Source of the DNA: Amoeboradix gromovi X-113
Taxonomy: Eukaryota; Fungi; Sanchytriomycota
Assembly (NCBI GenBank): GCA_018985225.1
Contig: JADGIF010000635.1
Span: 1-5,673 of the forward strand
Length of the DNA: 5,673 bases
Reading direction: 5' to 3'
Shown here: positions 1 through 5,673 of the stretch, piece by piece
How the letters are laid out: the number at the start of each line of letters is the position of its first letter
Numbering within the stretch: position 1 is the first letter of the stretch
The notes under the pieces: model-generated
Database searches by the model: none
Seen by the model: only the letters and a program-made list of their open reading frames with translations
What the model was told of the DNA's origin: nothing
Program-made: the position numbers and the translations under genes

Positions 1-284
1 AATAGCTGTACAGAATATTTATTTTCCTTTTATACTCGTCAACTCCGCAACTAGCTGAATGTCCACTCGCCTCTTAAATCCATAAAGTTAATAAAGATGA
101 AATAATGTTCCAAGTTGTTACAGAAAGTTAGTCCAGTTTTTATATTTGATTTCCCAGATGTAAGTAGAAAACAATAAATTATCGCTCTAGGAGCTCCTAA
201 GCCAACCAAAAGATTCAAGTACGCAACAGCAGTAATGCATTAGAGTGAAGAGTTCATTATTTATTTACGCTCCATGGAACAGAG

Positions 285-731
285 CTACGCAATTCTCTTT
301 ATAAGATGAAGTCCAGAATCAGTCTTCACAACACCGCTGACGCTGCCAACTTGCAAACTAAACGATGTTTCCTCAAAAGGTTTTTGCATTTGCCCTTTGG
401 TGAACGGTCCCAGATCTCCACCTCTTTTTGCACTGCTGCAGTCACTTTCTACCTTGGCTATTTCCTCAAAATTTGACCCATTTTTAATTAGTTCAGCAAT
501 ATTCTCTAATATTTCTTGAGCCTCTTCTTCTGTCCTAGTAATTACTTCTTCTTTCCATGACGATGGCCGTCTCGAGTCTTTGTGCTTAATTAAAATATGC
601 AAAACTCTTACTGAATTGTTGTCTGGTCTTTCCCATGATGATTCCTTAGTTTTTGTGTTGAAGTAGTACACTCTTTCTTTTGATTTTGAGAACTTCGCTT
701 CCCAATTTGGTGGTAAATCCTTTTCAGTCAT
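285..731 (-). CDS. ESS1: Peptidyl-prolyl cis-trans isomerase Pin1/Ess1 (WW domain + parvulin domain)
   Basis: N-terminal WW domain ([31 protein letters not shown]). Parvulin domain with HILIKH, phosphate-binding loop [29 protein letters not shown] and the typical C-terminus [10 protein letters not shown]. Uninterrupted 148-aa ORF. Confidence 0.97.
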   Translation of the reverse strand: MTEKDLPPNWEAKFSKSKERVYYFNTKTKESSWERPDNNSVRVLHILIKHKDSRRPSSWKEEVITRTEEEAQEILENIAELIKNGSNFEEIAKVESDCSSAKRGGDLGPFTKGQMQKPFEETSFSLQVGSVSGVVKTDSGLHLIKRIA

Positions 732-758
732 GTTACAAAAACATTTGAAATTTAAAAA

Positions 759-1553
759 TTATAACTTTATTACTTGTTTGTCCTCCAACGTACTATTAAT
801 TATTTCATAGCAGGTCAGCATTATTGCAGCGTTAGGGACCGTTCTCATTAAGTGAGCAGTGCAACCTGAGTATAGATTCAAATACCCTTCCTCCCTTACA
901 ATTCTTAGTGCTGTATTGAGAATACCAGAGTACTGAGCATTCCTCTGCCTTAACCTAGTTCTTATAACTTCGTGTGGATACATCAATGCACTAGCAATCA
1001 GCTTAGAAATACTGCCACTCACAAATGTCGAGTATTCAAATTTTTTTAGTTCCTCATAAATACCAAATTGAATTGCACTCTCCATGGTACCAAACGTAGA
1101 GACTCCTGCACCGACATAAAACGCGCGTAAGCCTTTTTCTCTATATAGTTCCTTGCATATATTTAATAAAGAAATGCTTCTTGTGTGAAGTTGTAGTCTG
1201 GTTCTAATGGTCCACAGGGGGTTAGTGCAAAGGGTTACTGTTAATCCGGCAATTGTAGCACTGGATGCATTTGTTTGAATGTTATCACCGAACTGAGGAT
1301 GGAGTAACTTTTTACAGTTATTGTACATGAAGAAATATATGGACTTTGAAGGAATGGTCCCCATCAGTGTGGGAGAAAGTCCTCTGTAAAATCCTGGAAT
1401 TCCCTCTTTTTTCATTATTTGCTTTGTCATCGACGTTATTCCACCTTGAAACTCACTGCTTTGCATTCTAGTTTTCACTACGTCAAAAGGAGCCAATATA
1501 GTTGCTGAAAATGTACCAGCTATTCCTCCAGATAGTAAATGAGACCACGACAT
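759..1553 (-). CDS. RIM2: Mitochondrial carrier family protein, Rim2/SLC25A33/SLC25A36-like (pyrimidine nucleotide carrier)
   Basis: Three carrier signature repeats: PFDVVKTRMQ, PLWTIRTRLQ, PHEVIRTRLRQ. The Trp in repeat 2, YPHEVIRTRLRQ and HLMRTVPNAAIM fit the Rim2 subfamily. Family assignment is secure; substrate specificity is less so. Confidence 0.9.
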   Translation of the reverse strand: MSWSHLLSGGIAGTFSATILAPFDVVKTRMQSSEFQGGITSMTKQIMKKEGIPGFYRGLSPTLMGTIPSKSIYFFMYNNCKKLLHPQFGDNIQTNASSATIAGLTVTLCTNPLWTIRTRLQLHTRSISLLNICKELYREKGLRAFYVGAGVSTFGTMESAIQFGIYEELKKFEYSTFVSGSISKLIASALMYPHEVIRTRLRQRNAQYSGILNTALRIVREEGYLNLYSGCTAHLMRTVPNAAIMLTCYEIINSTLEDKQVIKL

Positions 1554-1590
1554 TGTTGGTATTCTAAATTAATCCGTGTTTTATAATAAA

Positions 1591-1750
1591 GGATCCAGCC
1601 AGCTCTCGTTAAAAGTCCAGATTTCCGAGAAAATCGAGAATTTCCACAGAGAAACTAATGCTAGATACTCCGTTACAGTGATCGCTCATGCTTTCACTAC
1701 CCTAAGACGGGATTGAATAAGGATACATATACTTGATGTATATGTTCCTT
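1591..1750 (-). ncRNA. Putative omegaRNA scaffold / transposon right end of the Fanzor2 element
   Basis: Overlaps and follows the 3' end of the nuclease frame, where TnpB/Fanzor omegaRNAs are encoded. Stems read by eye: 13-bp hairpin with one bulge at 1719-1750; UAGUGA/UCACUG flanked by CCGU/ACGG (~1709-1670); long stem AUCUAGC(AU)UAG(U)UUCUC (1666-1649) pairing with GAGAGCUGGCUGGAU (1607-1593) and enclosing GAUUUU/GAAAUC. Several pairs are G-U wobbles that only work in the minus-strand transcript. Boundaries are approximate. Confidence 0.6.
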
Positions 1751-2015
1751 GCTGCAATAAGGTCTCTCTCCAAATGACACTTTGTACAGGTTCAGGTTTC
1801 TAAGCTGTTTTTCTTTAGAGTACCACACCTTGTACATGTCTGACTAGTAAATGCTTCATTACACTCAACCATCGTCTTTCCTCTTTGTTTACACTTGAAC
1901 TTCAAGCGTTGCTTGAATGTGTAATGGGACATTGTAGCCATATTTCTTGCGACTTGCTACTTATCATTTAGCTAGCATTAAACGATTGCAAGTGTATAAG
2001 ATTATATGTCTTTGT
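1702..2015 (-). pseudogene. Truncated Fanzor2/TnpB-like RNA-guided nuclease, C-terminal fragment
   Basis: Manual minus-strand translation: TKTYNLIHLQSFNAS*MISS (2015-1956), frameshift near 1955-1954, then VARNMATMSHYTFKQRLKFKCKQRGKTMVECNEAFTSQTCTRCGTLKKNSLET*TCTKCHLERDLIAARNIYIKYMYPYSIPS* (TAG at 1704-1702). This fits the Fanzor2/IS607-type TnpB pattern ARxMxxxSHYxFxQRL...ExxTSxTCxxCG...CxxC...RDxxxARNI. Internal stops at 1970-1968 (TAA) and 1794-1792 (TGA). RuvC-I and the N-terminal domains are missing. Confidence 0.9.
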
Positions 2016-2169
2016 ATGCTGTACCTGCTAGTCATTTCTTTAGAACTGATTACCACTTGTGAAAAGGAAGAATATCGAGTATTTAAACTATCGGAAAAAT
2101 CTGGAAAAGTCTTGAAATTATACAAAAATGCATATAAATTCGCTATAAATGATTTATTCACGAAAATAG

Positions 2170-3432
2170 TCAAGCTGCATCACGTTTCAGTGAAATGTCG
2201 GTTCCTGACTGGTTATTTTGAATCTTCAAAGGTTCTATTGAGCTGCTTCCCGTAAGAAACATTTTAATTTGTGCTTGCTGTTCTAATAATTGCAGATTAA
2301 CGGATGAGTGTGGAATTTCTTTGGTGGGTCCAAAAGCTAGATTACAAGAACAGCTGGTATGCGCTTCATTGCAAACCGAACCGAAGTCCGGAATTGAAGA
2401 TATATTTGAATTTAATTTAGATTTCAGAGACACACCAGCAGCACGACTCATATATCGTTCTTTATCTCTACTTTTATGGCTGCGAGATAACCTGTCTTTT
2501 TTGTTAGATGCCGATAGTTGAATTAAGGAATGATGTGGTGGTTTAACAGAGCGCGGAGGTGATTTTGGTTTTGGCACATCTACTAGAAACTTGTACTCTG
2601 TTGTGGGGGATACTATTTTGCGTGATTTGATGGGAGATATAATGGGGGATTTTACAGGGGATTTGATTTGACTTGGGGATATGTTGGTATTAGAAGGTGA
2701 ATATGAGCTGTTAGTGCCTGTATGAAGTTTATGAGCAGTTGGAAGCGATAAACCAGTCACAGGATGACCATGCGAGGTTAGCTCAAGACCTCTCGTTCTT
2801 GCATCACTGGATAACTTTGTCTTTGCTCTCACATCTGGGTCTTTTTTTCTTCTTGTTTCTTTTTTTACAACGGCTTCAAATGCAATTGAAATATTAGATT
2901 TTCCCGGTTCCGAGTCTTCTTTGTTAGATAAAATGTTTATGTTCCCCAGATTGCGATTACCGTTGCACGGCCCATTGGTATCGGCCGCCCCATTAATCTC
3001 TACTTGGGCTGTTATATCTTCATCTTGAAAATGAGGCCGCCTTTCTTGTTTCTTCTTTCCACGTTGTGGATTTAAATTGGGTGTAATAGGTTCATTGGAT
3101 ATTTTAGCAATTGTATTTTCTATATCGCCTAAATCTGTTTCAGAAAAAACGGCTGCAGAGCTACTAGGTTTTGAGGTGGGTGATTTTGGAGAGAAAATTG
3201 ATGCAAGTGTTGGATTGCATGCGGTGAATGTGTCTAGGCTATTAAACACACTCTGGTCTCTTAAATTTTGAGCTGGTTCGTTAGGGTTGTACTCCCGAAG
3301 TACATCTATAATGTATTGCAATTTTCGGTTTAACTCTTTATCTTGAATAATAGATAAACCATAAACAGCCACATCTAAAATCGTGTTCATAACGTTTTCC
3401 TTTGTTAAAAGAGATACAGATACAAGTGACAT
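2170..3432 (-). CDS. Hypothetical protein, Ser/Pro/Lys-rich, probably largely disordered
   Basis: A 420-codon ORF in AT-rich DNA is very unlikely by chance. Short helical-looking N-terminus, basic patches, many SP motifs, and AATAAA on the minus strand just past the stop (2158-2153). No domain confidently recognised. Confidence 0.75.
   Translation of the reverse strand: MSLVSVSLLTKENVMNTILDVAVYGLSIIQDKELNRKLQYIIDVLREYNPNEPAQNLRDQSVFNSLDTFTACNPTLASIFSPKSPTSKPSSSAAVFSETDLGDIENTIAKISNEPITPNLNPQRGKKKQERRPHFQDEDITAQVEINGAADTNGPCNGNRNLGNINILSNKEDSEPGKSNISIAFEAVVKKETRRKKDPDVRAKTKLSSDARTRGLELTSHGHPVTGLSLPTAHKLHTGTNSSYSPSNTNISPSQIKSPVKSPIISPIKSRKIVSPTTEYKFLVDVPKPKSPPRSVKPPHHSLIQLSASNKKDRLSRSHKSRDKERYMSRAAGVSLKSKLNSNISSIPDFGSVCNEAHTSCSCNLAFGPTKEIPHSSVNLQLLEQQAQIKMFLTGSSSIEPLKIQNNQSGTDISLKRDAA
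2624..2671. repeat. Degenerate 12-bp coding tandem repeat (~4 units) encoding SP-x-x motifs
   Basis: gatttgatggga / gatataatgggg / gattttacaggg / gatttgatttga, encoding SQIKSPVKSPIISPIKS in the 420-aa ORF. Confidence 0.55.
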
Positions 3433-3668
3433 TTCAATTGATTATGGTTGCGTTCTAATTAAGCAACAAGTTGTTGCGCATGATTGGCTACATGTATTAA
3501 ATTACAACACAAGTGGTCCAATAAAAAAGACATAGCTGCTCGACAAGCTGAGGTGCCACCTCATATCTGAAGACTCAGTTTATCTCTAACCTAATGTTAG
3601 CAGAATTTTTTATAATTCTTGATGCCATCGAGTGGTAAAATACGATACGAAATGTTCGGTGTACATGT
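3433..3668. promoter_or_regulatory. Divergent (bidirectional) promoter region
   Basis: Lies between two head-to-head ORFs and contains oppositely oriented CCAAT boxes: ATTGG at 3483-3487 and CCAAT at 3518-3522. Confidence 0.4.
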
Positions 3669-4694
3669 ATGGTTCCTTATAATATCTCCATGATACAGGG
3701 TAAATTTGAAAATCTCCTTCAGGAACTTGAGGATCTAATAACCTGCAAAGAACATGGTCAAATGCTGAGATATATTAAAAGAAGAGAGAGTGATAAAATA
3801 CATTATTTATGCTCTGAATGCAAATATCCAAAAGTTAGTCATAGGCTGATGCATGATATCTGTAGCCTGTTCCCAATTGATATCGACTTCTTCAATCTTG
3901 ATGTCAACTCAAGAAATGTAGAAAAATGTGATGACCCATATGATTTTGCAAGTGATTCCCTTTTTAAGTTGGACGAATTGTTACGTTGTCCAATCACTAA
4001 AGAAGCCTTTGACGTACCCTTGCTTAGTAACTGCATTCACAATTTTGATTCACTTTCCAAATCTCTTGTTTTTGAAACAGGCAAATGTCCAACTTGCTCA
4101 TTAAAAATTATTTGGTCTGATCTAGTCATAGATCGCTTAATCGAATCACTTTCTAATTTCTGGATGTCCAACCGAAACTTTTTTCTTCAATTCGAATGTA
4201 CCTACTTAAATCTAGACCCACTTATTTCGAAATCCACATCAGCGTCTTGGAGTTTTTTTAATGGTCTTGACATCTTGAATAAAATGTTTTCTGATAAACA
4301 GGAAATGATTTCTATGAGATATGCGAAGGATTCTGAAATCAAAAGTTACTTGATTCAGTTTGATATACCTACAAAAGGTACAAAGTCAGACAGATATAAC
4401 CGGACCGCCAAATTTATAAAACTCTTTAACCACAACCTGCATAGCAACCGCCCCTTGTCTTGCAAAAGTCTCTTGTCGTCTTTCATTAATCAGGAAAATA
4501 CAATAATTGAAAATCGTAGAGTAGCACGAGATGAAAACATTTCAGCGATTGACGTCAAAAATATTAAAGAGCATCGAAGACAAATGATACAGCAAATAAA
4601 GAGCGCCAGGCTTAGAATAGTGCAGAGCAATCCAGTGGAGCATTCAACAAATCCTGGTGATATAAGCGATAGAAATATAATAGATCTTACTTGA
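3669..4694 (+). CDS. RAD18: Divergent Rad18-like post-replication repair protein (degenerate RING + SAP domain)
   Basis: DDPYDFASDSLFKLDELLRCPITKEAFDVPLLSNCIHNFDSLS...KCPTC resembles the fungal Rad18 N-terminus and RING (DPxDW...LDxLLRCxIC...PxLTxCxHxFCSLC...CPxC). KDSEIKSYLIQFDIPTKGTKSDRYNRTAKFIKLFNHNLHSNRPLSCKSLL resembles the Rad18 SAP domain and the N-x-N-x-D-S-x-x-P segment after it. The true start is uncertain: 3669, 3690, or 3652 via a short intron. Confidence 0.75.
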   Translation: MVPYNISMIQGKFENLLQELEDLITCKEHGQMLRYIKRRESDKIHYLCSECKYPKVSHRLMHDICSLFPIDIDFFNLDVNSRNVEKCDDPYDFASDSLFKLDELLRCPITKEAFDVPLLSNCIHNFDSLSKSLVFETGKCPTCSLKIIWSDLVIDRLIESLSNFWMSNRNFFLQFECTYLNLDPLISKSTSASWSFFNGLDILNKMFSDKQEMISMRYAKDSEIKSYLIQFDIPTKGTKSDRYNRTAKFIKLFNHNLHSNRPLSCKSLLSSFINQENTIIENRRVARDENISAIDVKNIKEHRRQMIQQIKSARLRIVQSNPVEHSTNPGDISDRNIIDLT

Positions 4695-5673
4695 CCACAA
4701 TTTAGTTTTTTTCATGGATTTAGCTGTAGCATGCTAGTGGTGCAGCATTCAAGTGAAAACCTTTCTTCAAATATAGTCAAGGTGCATATAAGATCGCTCA
4801 GAAGTGCCAGATAAAGTACAAAAGAAGTGGTTGAGAAAATAGAGATGTGGAAGCCCATGTACGCTAAAATCTTGGCTTCTTGAGTCTATAAGCTATGTTT
4901 TATTCCGAGAAGCAATATGTTCGTTGAATTTAATTAAACTGTTTCCATATTGCCTGTTGAGACACCATACTACTCTCCAATTCCGTTGCTTGCTATTGTG
5001 GATACCAAAGATGACTCAATTATATAAATCAGTAGATTTCTAGGCTTTTGGACAGAGGACAAAAGGCTCATTTCAAGATCTGATACCAACAAGATCAAAG
5101 GAATTGGACCAAATAAAGTCGAACTCTTATGGGGAGGGTTGCGAGATGAGTAAAAATGCAGTAAATCAATTTTCATATTCTCCTTAATGCTATCACTTAA
5201 ATTCTACATACAGAGGACTTTCAGAACACAATTAGGGTTCACTGTTTAGGCAAGGCCCAAACGTTGTTAACTCATAATTCTGTTTAGTAGCCCAAGTGGT
5301 AGACACCTTTTATATATATGCTTCGGGGTCTATGATTACGACCAGTATTTAACAAAGAAATGCAAGATGTCATTTATTTTTCTGATAATATTTCTACAGT
5401 CTTTGCAATTTTAATTTATTATAAATGTAGATTTACGTTTTCAACGATCCCCTCTCAACATATAGGACGCACTCTATGAAAACGAGACTAGGAGATTGTT
5501 TCAATAAAAAGGTTACATTGTTTGAAAAAGAAACGAGGTTTAGCGAAGAAATAAAGTATTCTAAAATTATCATGTTTAAGAATAACAGGATATTGAGGCA
5601 ACTTGATAAGCGGTGATTGAATAACATCGCTAATACTTGACAATACCTGAGAATTTGCTAAATTGATTTCATC

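Larger units (their letters stand above)
1591..2115 (-). mobile_element. Non-autonomous, internally deleted Fanzor2 (IS607-like) element; ends approximate
   Basis: Nuclease remnant plus structured 3' end, with short motifs shared by both flanks: tccagatttccga 1616-1628 vs tcggaaaaatctgga 2091-2105 (inverted), and aaaatcgagaattt 1630-1643 vs aatatcgagtattt 2071-2084 (direct). It fills a 616-bp intergenic gap, whereas the neighbouring gene pair is only 27 bp apart. No transposase ORF is recognisable. Confidence 0.6.

Noticed and set aside
1894-1917. Overlapping short inverted repeats (cttgaacttcaag; ttcaagc-gtt-gcttgaa)
   Set aside because: They lie in the nuclease coding remnant and can be explained by the repeated FK/LK codons; nothing else suggests function.
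1702-1941. Lys/Cys-rich frame first suggesting a zinc-binding ribosomal protein
   Set aside because: The SHYxFKQRL, ExxTSxTC and RDxxAARNI motifs identify TnpB/Fanzor instead.
1792-1970. In-frame TGA/TAA as a sign of an alternative genetic code or readthrough
   Set aside because: Neighbouring genes end at TAG, TAA and TGA (ESS1 exactly at its family C-terminus), and the fragment also has a frameshift and truncation, so pseudogenisation is simpler.
1964-2173. 69-aa minus-strand ORF
   Set aside because: Starts at the upstream gene's stop, runs through the AT-rich 3' UTR and element end, and is out of frame with the Fanzor similarity.
1947-2255. 102-aa plus-strand ORF
   Set aside because: Non-ATG (TTG) start, antisense to both the Fanzor remnant and the end of the 420-aa gene, no recognisable motif.
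2321-3271. Short plus-strand ORFs 2321-2521 and 3077-3271
   Set aside because: Antisense shadows of the 420-aa ORF with non-ATG starts.
3546-3580. Small hairpin tgaggt-gcc-acctca in the divergent promoter
   Set aside because: A 6-bp stem is within chance expectation, and there are no tRNA, snRNA or snoRNA hallmarks.
3839-4036. 65-aa minus-strand ORF
   Set aside because: Antisense shadow of the Rad18-like gene.
4970-5627. Short minus-strand ORFs 4970-5176 and 5433-5627
   Set aside because: Under 70 aa with no recognisable motifs; cannot be supported as genes.
1-5673. CRISPR array, tRNA or rRNA genes
   Set aside because: No regularly spaced repeat-spacer array, cloverleaf or conserved rRNA segment seen.

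Overview
Gene-dense, AT-rich eukaryotic DNA, probably from a compact fungal or fungus-like genome, using the standard genetic code. It carries a Pin1/Ess1 prolyl isomerase (285-731, -), a Rim2/SLC25A33-36-type mitochondrial carrier (759-1553, -), a 420-aa Ser/Pro-rich protein of unknown function (2170-3432, -) and a divergent Rad18-like RING+SAP protein (3669-4694, +). The main hidden feature is absent from the ORF track. The ~600-bp gap between the carrier and the 420-aa gene holds a truncated, pseudogenised Fanzor2/TnpB-like RNA-guided nuclease fragment on the minus strand (~2015-1702: RuvC-II region, E-x-x-T-S motif, CxxC..CxxC zinc finger, RD-x-x-AARNI RuvC-III). A structured non-coding segment follows it (~1750-1591), as expected for an omegaRNA/right end, and stops ~40 bp upstream of the carrier ATG. 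The Rad18-like protein is also unusual: two degenerate RING-like repeats each keep a different zinc site, and it ends in an IIDLT SUMO-interacting motif. All calls come from reading motifs by eye; no searches or folding programs were run.
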